Source: Candidatus Daviesbacteria bacterium
GTDB taxonomy: Bacteria; Patescibacteriota; Microgenomatia; Daviesbacterales; UBA10151
DNA: 64,000 bases
Assembly: GCA_016187025.1 (NCBI GenBank)
Contig: JACPKM010000001.1
Location: 107,188-171,187, forward strand
Direction: 5' to 3'
Shown: in pieces, positions 10,071 through 19,086 of the stretch
Numbering within the stretch: position 1 is the first letter of the stretch
Layout of the letters: every line of letters starts with the position of its first letter
Translations under genes and position numbers: made by a program
The notes under the pieces: model-generated
Seen by the model: only the letters and a program-made list of their open reading frames with translations
Told to the model about the DNA's origin: nothing
Database searches by the model: none

Positions 10071-10853
10071 ATGAATTCACTAGACGACTATATCAATAAA
10101 ATAATTTGTGGTGATTGTATTGAAATAATGCAGAAAATGCCTGAAAAAAGCATTGATTTAGCTGTTACCTCACCACCATATAATCTTAAAAACTCTACAG
10201 GTAATGGCATGAAGGACGGAAGGGGTGGTAAATGGGCAAATGCACAACTACAAAAGGGCTACCACAACTATGATGACAATATGCCACATGATCTGTATGC
10301 GACATGGCAAAGGAAATGTTTAGAAGAAATGATGAGATTGTTAAAAGATGATGGGGCAATTTTCTATAATCACAAATGGCGTGTTCAGGATGGTTTACTT
10401 CAAGATAGACAAGATATAGTTTCAGGTTTTCCAGTCAGACAAATAATCATATGGCATCGCAACGGCGGTATTAACTTTAATAGAGGCTATTTTTTACCAA
10501 CGTACGAGGTAATTTATTTAATCGCAAAGAAGAATTTCAAGTTAGCACCAAAAGCTAATGCGTATGGCGATGTGTGGGATATTGGGCAAGATCTCAATAA
10601 TCCCCACCCCGCACCATTTCCGGTAGAACTTATTGAACGGATAATAGGTTCAACAACTGCAAATATCATCCTCGATCCTTTTATTGGTTCTGGAACCACT
10701 GCGGTAGTAGCTAAACAACTGGGAAGAAAATATATCGGCATTGACGTGTCACCTGAATACTGCAAAATGGCTGAAAATCGGATAGAAAAAGGATACTTTG
10801 CTAAAAAGAATCAAGAACGTATGCCTTTATTTTCAGATGATTCTTTGATATAA
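10071..10853 (+). CDS. beta-class DNA methyltransferase, probably N4-cytosine (N6_N4_Mtase family)
   Basis: Motif IV 'SPPY' near the N-terminus (DLAVTSPPYNL) and AdoMet motif I 'DPFIGSGTT' near the C-terminus, which is the beta-class permutation. Confidence 0.8.
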   Translation: MNSLDDYINKIICGDCIEIMQKMPEKSIDLAVTSPPYNLKNSTGNGMKDGRGGKWANAQLQKGYHNYDDNMPHDLYATWQRKCLEEMMRLLKDDGAIFYNHKWRVQDGLLQDRQDIVSGFPVRQIIIWHRNGGINFNRGYFLPTYEVIYLIAKKNFKLAPKANAYGDVWDIGQDLNNPHPAPFPVELIERIIGSTTANIILDPFIGSGTTAVVAKQLGRKYIGIDVSPEYCKMAENRIEKGYFAKKNQERMPLFSDDSLI

Positions 10854-10862
10854 GATAACATC

Positions 10863-11651
10863 ATGCAACTTTATACAAAAGATGAACTAATTAAAAGATT
10901 AAAAAAATTGGCAGAAATGGGTTGGATCCCAAATGGTAGGTTTGGGAACCATGGCGGTATAGGAAATACTTTAGAAGATTTTCTAGAAATTGAAGAAAAC
11001 AATTTACCTATTCCAAATGCTGCAGAATGGGAACTTAAATCACAACGGGCAAATACAACTTCCCTTACTACTCTTTTCCATATGGAACCATCACCAAGAG
11101 CTGTAGGATTTGTACCAAAAGTTTTATTGCCTCTTTATGGGTGGGGACATCAAGGGGCGGGAACTACCTATAACGCAGAAGAGATGAGTTTTAGGCAAAC
11201 AATTCATGGATTATCTCATAGCGACAGAGGCTTTATTGTGCAAATTGATAGGATTGCTAAAAAAATTCTGGTTTCTTTTGATGCTTCTAAAGTTAGCGAA
11301 AAACATACAAAGTGGTTAGAAGGCGTAAAAGAGAAAGTTGGTTTAGGTGAACTTAACCCACAACCATACTGGGGATTTGACGATCTTGAACATAAAGCAG
11401 GTACTAAATTATTAAATTGTTTTTATGTTCAAGCTGAAGTCAAAACCGAGAAAGGAAAAGAGTTCTATTGGTATAACAAAGCACAGATGTTGCAGAAATT
11501 TAGATTCGAAGGATTATTGGAAGCACTTGAAAAAGGCGTGATGCTAGTAGACTTCGATGCACGGACAGGACACAACCATGGTACAAAATTTAGGCTGAAA
11601 CAAAATCGCCTTCCGATGTTATACGAAAAAGTGACGACTGTCGTAGGTTAA
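10863..11651 (+). CDS. putative Type II restriction endonuclease (PD-(D/E)xK-like; possibly MvaI/BcnI-like)
   Basis: Immediately downstream of the MTase; 'TLEDFLEIEE...AEWELKSQR' could be a D...ExK catalytic motif near the N-terminus; family assignment is tentative. Confidence 0.45.
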   Translation: MQLYTKDELIKRLKKLAEMGWIPNGRFGNHGGIGNTLEDFLEIEENNLPIPNAAEWELKSQRANTTSLTTLFHMEPSPRAVGFVPKVLLPLYGWGHQGAGTTYNAEEMSFRQTIHGLSHSDRGFIVQIDRIAKKILVSFDASKVSEKHTKWLEGVKEKVGLGELNPQPYWGFDDLEHKAGTKLLNCFYVQAEVKTEKGKEFYWYNKAQMLQKFRFEGLLEALEKGVMLVDFDARTGHNHGTKFRLKQNRLPMLYEKVTTVVG

Positions 11652-11675
11652 TATCTTCACCTGTGAAATAGATCT

Positions 11676-11807
11676 TCAACTTTTACACCAAACTTTCATG
11701 AGATTTTCATCAATAATTTTAAGTAAAGATTCTTCACCTATCTTTAAACGATCATATTCTTTTTTAAGCGTTTCTATCCTTTTTTGATATTGAAGGGGAG
11801 TTGACAT
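11676..11807 (-). pseudogene. Fic N-terminal fragment (43 codons) with duplicated Fic promoter region
   Basis: Minus-strand translation MSTPLQYQKRIETLKKEYDRLKIGEESLLKIIDENLMKVWCKS* parallels the Fic N-terminus MSTSFSLQRRIEILKKEYDRLKIGKGFLL; the upstream ~80 nt also matches 8127..8215. Confidence 0.65.
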
Positions 11808-11811
11808 AGCT

Positions 11812-11895
11812 GCTGCATTATATCAAATTCATGTCATTTTGTCAATTTAACGTGAATTATAGCCTTTTGCGATATAAATTCACGGTATTTGCTCG
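11812..11895. repeat. direct repeat copy 2 (degenerate Fic promoter region)
   Basis: See 8127..8215. Confidence 0.6.
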
Positions 11896-12031
11896 GCCGA
11901 CAGGACTTATTCAGAAACCGAGAAATAGAGTTTGGGTTTAATTTACAGGACATTCAAACAATCTATTCTATCTTCAATTTATCATTACAACATTAGTTTT
12001 AGGAAAGGAGGATATCAAAAATTGATATATC

Positions 12032-12520
12032 TTATTTCACCTCACTGGCGAGAACGTAATCTTCATCTTCTGTAGGAGCTTGCCAATACTTCAAATAACT
12101 GTCAAACATCTCTCTGCTAATCTTAAAAGATTCTTTCGTAAGATTAACGTTTCTTCCAACAACCCTTTCCCGTATCGTTTCTATCGGAGTATCAAGATAA
12201 TACAATACCTCTTTAGCACCTAGTGCCTCTATTCTTTTCTTCATTTTAACTCGTTGTTCCTTTTCCCAAAAACCCTCGTCAATAATGACATCAATACCTT
12301 TCTCAACAAGTTGGAATGCAACATCTCTTGATAACTCGATGATTTTAGTATCCCATTCCGCATATCCATCGATTGTGGGATCATTTCCAATTAAACTGAT
12401 TGACCACTCATCCTTCGTGATCTTCACTGCACCAGTTTTTTCCTCTAGCTTCTTTGCAAAAGTAGTTTTACCAGCACCGATAAATCCACAAATTACATAA
12501 ACAATAGGTTGTGTTTTCAT
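12032..12520 (-). CDS. P-loop kinase / AAA_33-like ATP-binding protein
   Basis: Walker A 'CGFIGAGKTT' near the N-terminus of a 162-aa protein. Confidence 0.6.
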   Translation of the reverse strand: MKTQPIVYVICGFIGAGKTTFAKKLEEKTGAVKITKDEWSISLIGNDPTIDGYAEWDTKIIELSRDVAFQLVEKGIDVIIDEGFWEKEQRVKMKKRIEALGAKEVLYYLDTPIETIRERVVGRNVNLTKESFKISREMFDSYLKYWQAPTEDEDYVLASEVK

Positions 12521-12597
12521 TAACGTATTATACTAGGTTCTAAATCAAATTAAGAAACTACGCATAGGTGTTGAGGCTAATTGAAGCTAAAAATATA

Positions 12598-12673
12598 TGC
12601 TCCCCCAGCCTTGGATTACTATACCAGAAAATAGCTATATTTCTATCCTGCAAACATTCCAAAATCTAAGCTG
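12598..12673. repeat. cassette-junction repeat (long form), partner at 14963..15038
   Basis: ~80% identity over ~76 nt: 'tgctcccccagccttggattac(t/a)atacca...tttc.....t.ca.acattccaaaa(t/c)ctaag'. Confidence 0.65.
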
Positions 12674-12691
12674 CATAACTTTCTCCAGACT

Positions 12692-13300
12692 TTATCTTAA
12701 CTCCTTTTTCATTTCTTCAAATTCTTTCTTACCTATTTCTCCACGAGCATACCTCTCTTTGAGAATATCCAGTGTTGACCTACCTTCATCGCCTCTTTTA
12801 CTCCAACCGCCAAGGTAACGAATAAGGGCAATGACGCCTAAAATTAAGAGAATCCAGAAAGCAAGCATAGTTACCCAGCCTAAAATGCCAAAACCTCCCC
12901 AGCCGCCCATCATATTACCAAAACCTGTTCCCATCATAGGCATAAAGCCCACCCCGCAACCGCTATTTCTTTTACCCATAGCAATGTGCATCTGTTTCTC
13001 TCCCTCCTCGCCCATCATGCTTATCATCATCTGGTTCATGGCAGCATGTCTTTGAGTATCACCAATTGATTGACCCATAAAATACTCACCCAGCACCGCA
13101 TAACTATCATCAGTAAAGTCTTTGCACTCAATTTGTTTTGCTTGGAACTTTTCCCAAATTGCTTTTCCCTCAACTTCTTCACGGGCAGTATGGTCATCAG
13201 ATGGGGATGTTGCTTGTGCCCGCACTGACTCTCCACTTATTATAAAAACCAAAAGAAAGAAGGCTGCTATCAGAGTTGTGCTTAGATAACCGGCATGCAT
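12692..13300 (-). CDS. SHOCT-domain membrane/secreted protein
   Basis: Signal/TM N-terminus, Met/Gly-rich middle, C-terminal 'LDILKERYARGEIGKKEFEEMKKEL' SHOCT-like motif. Confidence 0.5.
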   Translation of the reverse strand: MHAGYLSTTLIAAFFLLVFIISGESVRAQATSPSDDHTAREEVEGKAIWEKFQAKQIECKDFTDDSYAVLGEYFMGQSIGDTQRHAAMNQMMISMMGEEGEKQMHIAMGKRNSGCGVGFMPMMGTGFGNMMGGWGGFGILGWVTMLAFWILLILGVIALIRYLGGWSKRGDEGRSTLDILKERYARGEIGKKEFEEMKKELR

Positions 13301-13310
13301 TGCAGATGAG

Positions 13311-14264
13311 TTACAAATCCTTAACTTGTAGTACCACTTTACCTTGCGGATGGCCTTCTTCTAAATGCTCAAACGCCTCTTTTGCCTCCTCTAGAGGAAA
13401 TACTTTATCAATATGTATCTTGATTTTCCCATTCATAACAAGTTCAGCTAAGCGGTTCAATGCTTGGGTACTTGTAACTGTATTTTGTCCAATGGCTGTA
13501 ACACCATACTTTTGGGCTAGTTCTGCGTTTGGAGCACCAAACATTGAAACAATAACCCCTCCCTTTTTGAGTACTTGAAAAGATTTATCTGAAGTTTCAC
13601 CCCCAACAGTATCAAAAACAGCATCAAAGTCCTTTAAAACTTGTTCGAAGATTTGCGCTTGGTAATCTATGACCTCATCTGCACCTAAAGATTTAACATA
13701 TTCTATATCTTTACTACCTACTGTTGTTGCCACATATGCACCCAAGGATTTAGCCAGTTGTATAGCAATAGTTCCTATACCACCTGCCCCACCTGTAATG
13801 AGAATTTTTTGACCGTTTTTAAGTTTTATATAATCTTCTAATGCTTGTATTGCACTTGCTCCTACTAATGGAAGTGCTGCTGCTTGCGCAAAATCTACAT
13901 TCTTAGGTTTTAAAGCAGTGTTTCCTGTATTTGCAGCCAAATTTTCTGCAAATGCGCCTGATCCCCCATTTAAAACAATTGCAGATCCATAAACTGAATC
14001 ACCTACTTTAAGATCAGTTACTCCTTCTCCAAGTTCTAGTATAACGCCAGCGAAATCTCCACCCAAAGTGGCTGGAAATTGTAATGGCATCATTTCTTTT
14101 AAGAACCCAGCCCGGATTTTGTAATCTATGGGGTTAATACTTGCTGCATAAACTTCTACAAGCAGCTGATTTTTAGCAAGGTTTGGTTTTGGAGTGTTTT
14201 CATTAATTTCTAAAACATCTATCCCACCATATGTGTTAATTTGTACTGCTTTCATACAAAACAA
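13311..14264 (-). CDS. NADPH:quinone oxidoreductase / zinc-type alcohol dehydrogenase-like (MDR family)
   Basis: Rossmann 'ILITGGAGGIGTIAIQLAK'; overall similarity to Qor/MDR proteins. Confidence 0.75.
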   Translation of the reverse strand: MFCMKAVQINTYGGIDVLEINENTPKPNLAKNQLLVEVYAASINPIDYKIRAGFLKEMMPLQFPATLGGDFAGVILELGEGVTDLKVGDSVYGSAIVLNGGSGAFAENLAANTGNTALKPKNVDFAQAAALPLVGASAIQALEDYIKLKNGQKILITGGAGGIGTIAIQLAKSLGAYVATTVGSKDIEYVKSLGADEVIDYQAQIFEQVLKDFDAVFDTVGGETSDKSFQVLKKGGVIVSMFGAPNAELAQKYGVTAIGQNTVTSTQALNRLAELVMNGKIKIHIDKVFPLEEAKEAFEHLEEGHPQGKVVLQVKDL

Positions 14265-14340
14265 TTATATCTCATTTACATAAGAAGGGTGCAATAAACT
14301 TTACCCGGATATTAAAGAGAGTCAGGTTAAGTTTTCAGTT

Positions 14341-14362
14341 ATGCTCCCCCAATTGGACACGC
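14341..14362. repeat. cassette-junction repeat (short core 'atgctcccccaattggacacgc')
   Basis: Shares the core 'TGCTCCCCCA-N-TTGG-N-AC' with 12598 and 14963; lies between the quinone-oxidoreductase gene and brnA. Confidence 0.5.
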
Positions 14363-14378
14363 TTAGAACTTTTAACCA

Positions 14379-14639
14379 TTATTCACTGGCGGATTTATGG
14401 AGAATAGAAGAAGCCAGTGTTTGGTAAGGAATACCCTCCTTTACAGCCTTAGCTTTTAATTTCTGTAAATCTCTTTCTGAAAGCCTCAGGTTAATGTTTC
14501 TGGTTTTATTCAGGGTATTCCTGGCAATTTGCATTAATTCCTTTTTGCGCTTAGCAAAATTCTTAACTGGTTTCCACTCACCTCTTTCAATCTCAGCCAG
14601 AAGTTCCTGTTCTTCTTGATCTAATTCAAAATATTTCAT
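14379..14639 (-). CDS. brnA: BrnA-family antitoxin
   Basis: 86-aa protein immediately downstream of the BrnT gene with a 1-nt overlap; C-terminal RHH/CopG-like region. Confidence 0.6.
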   Translation of the reverse strand: MKYFELDQEEQELLAEIERGEWKPVKNFAKRKKELMQIARNTLNKTRNINLRLSERDLQKLKAKAVKEGIPYQTLASSILHKSASE

Positions 14640-14923
14640 TATTTATTTTCACCTCCAAATAAATATTTTTTAGTTGCTTTCCTTGAAGGAAAGATGGTTT
14701 TTAAAAAAATTTTCTCTTCATCTTCCACATAAGGAACATAGTAAGCATAACCCTCTATCTCAACAATTAATATTCTCTGGTTGGGATAACGCTTCTTACT
14801 CGGATGATCAATCTCATCTAGCACTCTCCCTGCTTCAATAGCTATTTGCACATCCTCAAAAGAAACCTCCCTTAATTCCGTTAAAAGGGAATTTTTCTCT
14901 TCATCCCAATCAAAGTATTTCAC
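14639..14923 (-). CDS. brnT: BrnT-family toxin (DUF497)
   Basis: 'MKYFDWDEEKN...VSFEDV' is a DUF497 signature. Confidence 0.7.
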   Translation of the reverse strand: MKYFDWDEEKNSLLTELREVSFEDVQIAIEAGRVLDEIDHPSKKRYPNQRILIVEIEGYAYYVPYVEDEEKIFLKTIFPSRKATKKYLFGGENK

Positions 14924-14934
14924 TTTAGTATTTT

Positions 14935-14963
14935 ATGACAAATCATATCATTTGTCAATATGT
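14935..14963 (-). promoter_or_regulatory. sigma70-type promoter for brnTA (TTGACA-17-TAAAAT, minus strand)
   Basis: Reverse complement aTTGACAaatgatatgatttgtcaTAAAATactaaagtg upstream of the brnT ATG. Confidence 0.5.
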
Positions 14964-15038
14964 GCTCCCCCAGCCTTGGATTACAATACCACCAAATTCC
15001 TTTATTTCCATGCTTCAGACATTCCAAAACCTAAGTTA
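14963..15038. repeat. cassette-junction repeat (long form) copy 2
   Basis: See 12598..12673. Confidence 0.65.
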
Positions 15039-15151
15039 GATTGGAGAAATGAATCACTTCGTGCTTCTTGCTTCGCAATGTGACAAAGGTGGGAAGAAAT
15101 TAAAGCCAGCTCTCCAAAGGGGAGGATTTTAGACAAATTACAGGGTTATAG

Positions 15152-15484
15152 TTATTTAACTCTATGAAGGTATGCAACTCCTTTATGATCTTCGGGGATA
15201 ATTTTTATCTCTAGTTTAGCTTTTAAAGCTTTAGTGACCTTTTCCAGAGTAGTTAAGGTATATCTAGTGTAATCAGCATCTTCAATTCTGGCAATATTGG
15301 ATTGTTTGGTGCCAACCATTTCTGCCAGCTTTTTTTGAGTTAAACCAGCCTTCTCTCTTAAATCACGGATCTGAAAAGCTATATCCCAAGCCCGATCAGC
15401 CTTATCTAATTCCTCCTGGAAGGAAGGATCTTCCTTGAGGATTTTTTCAAATGTCCTATCTAAATCATCTTTTGGTCTGTTCAT
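15152..15484 (-). CDS. XRE-family HTH antitoxin (HigA-like)
   Basis: HTH 'LTQKKLAEMVGTKQSNIARIE'; overlaps the upstream toxin gene. Confidence 0.65.
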   Translation of the reverse strand: MNRPKDDLDRTFEKILKEDPSFQEELDKADRAWDIAFQIRDLREKAGLTQKKLAEMVGTKQSNIARIEDADYTRYTLTTLEKVTKALKAKLEIKIIPEDHKGVAYLHRVK

Positions 15485-15842
15485 TTTGATTTTCCTCCCT
15501 TTCTTTAACTTCTTTTAATCTTCGTCTGGCTAATTCCAAATCACCTACTGGTGTTTTCTGATCTTTTTTAGTAAAGCCATGTAATAAAATTATTATTCTC
15601 CCTTTCTCAAAAGTATAGATTATCCTCAGTATATCTGTTCCTGCTCTGACTCGCAGCTCCCAAAGTCCTGACTCTAAATGCTTTGATAATGGCTCTTTAT
15701 GGTAAGCTCTGTTCCTAATTTTTTCAATTGCTTTAGAAACCTGAGCTGCCAAAGGACCGTTCACTCTCTTAAGCTCTACCAAAAACTCTTCAACTGGCTG
15801 TTTTCCACTACTGTCTTGGTAATAAATAACTTTAAAGTCCAT
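15465..15842 (-). CDS. RelE/ParE-superfamily toxin, phage Gp49/HigB-like
   Basis: 125-aa Gp49-like sequence; gene pair with the downstream XRE antitoxin. Confidence 0.6.
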   Translation of the reverse strand: MDFKVIYYQDSSGKQPVEEFLVELKRVNGPLAAQVSKAIEKIRNRAYHKEPLSKHLESGLWELRVRAGTDILRIIYTFEKGRIIILLHGFTKKDQKTPVGDLELARRRLKEVKEREENQNEQTKR

Positions 15843-16005
15843 AAATATTATATATCATTTTTGATATGTCAATCAAGTGTCATCTTTTCCTGATCTTCTA
15901 TTTTACTCAGTTCCACTTAAATCAGCTACTTGGTAACCATAGCATCGCCATAATATCATAGAGAAGAAAAGTAAGCTGGCAGTAAAAATTGAGGCTAAAA
16001 GAAAT

Positions 16006-16056
16006 GTGCTCCACGAAGTTGGCGCACTTACGTAAAACAAACCACCGGGGGTCACC
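16006..16056. repeat. degenerate core 'gtgctccacgaagttggcgcac' followed by a 26-nt motif 'cgtaaaacaaaccaccgggggtcacc' that recurs at 18823..18849
   Basis: 23/26 identity between 16031..16056 and 18823..18849; both sit in imperfect hairpins (acttacg...cgtaagt; gcgtaa...ttacacgc). Confidence 0.5.
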
Positions 16057-16119
16057 ACATACTGCGTAAGTCCTGGAATTACTATACCTACAGATAAAGG
16101 ATGCCGGGAACTCAAGGAA

Positions 16120-17337
16120 TTAACTTAAAACTAGATTCATCCCATGCTCTAAAAGTTTGTTATGTAGTCGGTCATAAATAAACCTCTCTGGGGAATCATT
16201 TTCCAACTTCAAACTAAAGTCTGTCATAAATGAAAAAGTTTGGGGGAAAGCTAAATAGAAATCCCGATAGAATCCATTTAAGGCATTTTCTGCACTTTCT
16301 GCAGATCCATCTACAGCTTCAAAATCAATTCCTCTTAAAGATTGCATAAAAGCATACTTTGCCACTAGCTCTTGTAAAGAGATCACACCTAAACTAGTTT
16401 CAAAAGGTCTTCTTTTTTCTCGACGAGCAAAACCATCTTGCCTAGCCTCTTTGATATAAGCTGGAAGTTCTTGAAGAGTTTTAAGAAAAAGAGTATCCGG
16501 GTGAAATTCATGAGCAGAAACCGTCTTATAAAAATCTAAAGATAAACCCGCTTTTATGCAATTATAAAAGTAGCTAATTGTTCTGTCTAAGTTTGCTCGG
16601 TCTATTGACTTTAAGCTTGGGGTATTTGCATCTGGTAGTAGTCCATAGGGATTTCCGGAACCATCTTGAGTAAAATAAGCTACAAGTAGAATAGTAATAC
16701 CTGCGGGGCGAGATTGATTATCTTGAGCTAAAATTAACTGTTGCTCTCTAGGTAACGTACCTCTAAAACCAAAGTCAACAAAATAGGCCGCTTTATTCGC
16801 CAAACCATTTCTTAAGTAAAAATCCCTCAGATCCCGTCTCTCATCACTTTTTTGGTTAGGATATAGTTCTCTGGGCGCAAGATGTGCGTATAAAGCTCCC
16901 CTACTGGAAGGAGAGTAAAGCCATTTACTATCATGTCTTTTGCTATAAGCAATCAAAAATCCTAAACTATCTCTTCCTTCAAATATAAAAATTGGTTCTT
17001 TTTTTTGACCAGTTTTTTGATCAACATCTTTAATACCATCAATCCAATCTGCAACAGACGCGTAAAAAGGAGCTAGCCTCTGTCCAGCTTGATAATAAAT
17101 CCCAGCAAGGAAATTAAGCTGTAATGTCAAATCTGGGCTAACACTGTAACCTCTAGGCATAGCTTTCCTTGCCAAAAAAGGTATATAACCCACCACTCTT
17201 TGATAATCGTCACCAACTAAAGCTTCTTTCCTGTCGGAATTACCAACTGATCCAGTAGTTATAGTTGTTAAGTCTCTTCTCGCTTCAGCTAAGATCTCCT
17301 CTCTGAGTGCATTTTGACCTCTTTCCTCACTTACCAT
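16120..17337 (-). CDS. hypothetical protein (405 aa)
   Basis: Long ORF; no family recognised. Confidence 0.6.
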   Translation of the reverse strand: MVSEERGQNALREEILAEARRDLTTITTGSVGNSDRKEALVGDDYQRVVGYIPFLARKAMPRGYSVSPDLTLQLNFLAGIYYQAGQRLAPFYASVADWIDGIKDVDQKTGQKKEPIFIFEGRDSLGFLIAYSKRHDSKWLYSPSSRGALYAHLAPRELYPNQKSDERRDLRDFYLRNGLANKAAYFVDFGFRGTLPREQQLILAQDNQSRPAGITILLVAYFTQDGSGNPYGLLPDANTPSLKSIDRANLDRTISYFYNCIKAGLSLDFYKTVSAHEFHPDTLFLKTLQELPAYIKEARQDGFARREKRRPFETSLGVISLQELVAKYAFMQSLRGIDFEAVDGSAESAENALNGFYRDFYLAFPQTFSFMTDFSLKLENDSPERFIYDRLHNKLLEHGMNLVLS

Positions 17338-17423
17338 AGAGGGATGATATCATGAATGAAGCTAAGATACAAACTATGGGTCACTTAGGACAATATTTTT
17401 CTAGGGACTGAAGAGGAATAAGA

Positions 17424-17650
17424 TTATTCCCCAGCTGCTTTCTTTAGGATTTCTATGTCAATTTTTTTCATTTTCAGAAAAGCCTCAGTCACCATTTCAC
17501 TTTTTCCGGGATCAGACATAAGCGCTATTAAAACTGTTGGTACTATTTGCCAAGAGAGACTAAATTTATCCTTAAGCCATCCGCACTGCACCTCTTCTCC
17601 CCCATCTTGAGTTAATTTCTCCCAGTAATAATCTACTTCATCTTGATCTT
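17424..17650 (-). pseudogene. C-terminal fragment of a PhnB-like VOC/glyoxalase-fold protein (3-demethylubiquinone-9 3-methyltransferase-domain family)
   Basis: Minus-strand translation '...CKDQDEVDYYWEKLTQDGGEEVQCGWLKDKFSLSWQIVP...MKKIDIEILKKAAGE*' matches the conserved C-terminus of PhnB-like proteins; no start codon or N-terminal half. Confidence 0.6.
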
Positions 17651-17750
17651 TGCAACTAACTAAAAATAAAGGGAATATTAACTATATTTGGCTCCGTTTA
17701 ATGTCGGATGTTTAAACTTATTTTACATCCTCAATGTTATAATCTTAAGC

Positions 17751-18767
17751 ATGAGTAATGAGGTAGTCAGGAGCGTTTGTTATTTTACAGACAATCCCAA
17801 CCAACAAACAGTAGATAAAGTTAACGAACTTGAGGCTAAATTAGTTGAAAAAGGCTATGAAGTCCAGACTAAGAGAGTTTGTACTCCCATAGCAGACCCG
17901 ATAGAGCTTCAGGAAAGAGTTGGAGATAAGACATGGCTTCTTTGCGTTGGGACTCTTCCTTTTGAACAAGCCGTAGCTTCACTACCAAAGTTTTATCAGG
18001 CTGATGGAGTATCTTTCAATGTGGACTTAACCTCTATACCTATTGATATCCCTCATACGGCACCTTTGTTTAAGATTATTAAAAACAGGCCTGGTGTTAC
18101 CTTTAATTTTACCTATGTTTTCAACAACAAGCCCTCTTCTCCTTACTTCCCATCTGCAAATTACGCAAGAAACGGATTTTCTATTGGTTTGCAACCTACG
18201 GATTTAGCTGAAGATTGTTCTACTTTGGAAGAGTGGTTAGAAAAAATGAAGGCTAGTTGGCTAAGATTGGATGAAATGCTTGGGAGTGACCCTGATTTCT
18301 TGGGTATTGATAGCTCTATTGCTCCTATTTTCGAAGGTAAAGGAAGCCTTATAAACTTCATTAGGCGACTAGAAATGTCTTTTAGCGGTTCTGTAACTAC
18401 AAATACTTATGTGCGGATTACTCAATTTATGAAAGAACAAAATCCCAAACCAGTAGGACTATGTGGCCTCATGATGCCTTGTCTCGAAGATTTTGAATTG
18501 GCTGATGAATACGAAGGTGGTAATTTCTCTATTGAGAGAAATGTGTTTTTGTCTTTGCATTCCGGTTTAGGTATTGACACTTATCCAATAGGGATAGATG
18601 AAGACCCTAAGCGCGTTGTTGAGATATTGAGGCTAGTTCAGGCTTTATCACAGAAGTATACCAAACCCCTATCAGTTAGATTTGTCTCAGATGGTAAGGC
18701 TGAAATAGGGCAAAGAACAGACTTCCAAAATCAATATCTAAAAGACGTTATAGTAAGACCTTTATAG
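17751..18767 (+). CDS. hypothetical protein (~338 aa)
   Basis: ORF; internal Met start after the upstream remnant; no confident family. Confidence 0.55.
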   Translation: MSNEVVRSVCYFTDNPNQQTVDKVNELEAKLVEKGYEVQTKRVCTPIADPIELQERVGDKTWLLCVGTLPFEQAVASLPKFYQADGVSFNVDLTSIPIDIPHTAPLFKIIKNRPGVTFNFTYVFNNKPSSPYFPSANYARNGFSIGLQPTDLAEDCSTLEEWLEKMKASWLRLDEMLGSDPDFLGIDSSIAPIFEGKGSLINFIRRLEMSFSGSVTTNTYVRITQFMKEQNPKPVGLCGLMMPCLEDFELADEYEGGNFSIERNVFLSLHSGLGIDTYPIGIDEDPKRVVEILRLVQALSQKYTKPLSVRFVSDGKAEIGQRTDFQNQYLKDVIVRPL

Positions 18768-18822
18768 TTAATATACTTAAGATTCTTAACTTCTAAAAAC
18801 TACACTAATTGATTTTCCTTCG

Positions 18823-18849
18823 CGTAAAACAAACCACCTGAAGGTCACC
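18823..18849. repeat. second copy of the 26-nt 'cgtaaaacaaaccacc-ggtcacc' motif
   Basis: See 16006..16056. Confidence 0.5.
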
Positions 18850-19086
18850 GATTGGTTCGATTACACGCACCACAAGTCTGAGGGATGAGCCCTCAGGCTC
18901 AGATCTTCGATTCCAAGATCGTCACTCAGATTCGAAGAACTCGAAGAGGTGGGTTAGCTTGGCACCTTCTCGGCTCCCCAGACCTTGAATTATTATACCC
19001 CAAAGTTTTAGAGGCTTTCAGCAATAAAAGCTATGTTGGAGAATTGAGGCAAAGGTGGCTGGAGATTAAAAAATTACAATTCAACT

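Noticed and set aside
12597-13055. ORF-track plus-strand ORFs 12597..12818 and 12831..13055
   Set aside because: Antisense to the SHOCT-domain gene and overlapping the junction repeat; low-complexity Pro/Ser-rich translations.
15903-16115. ORF-track CDS 15903..16115 (-), 70 aa
   Set aside because: It lies over the junction repeat/hairpin region with no RBS; more likely non-coding.
18830-18960. Possible tRNA or tRNA-fragment ('ggttcgatt', 'ttcgattccaag') inside ORF 18885..19112
   Set aside because: No cloverleaf could be built, with no acceptor/T-stem complementarity. The 75-aa ORF itself has no RBS or homology and is probably spurious.
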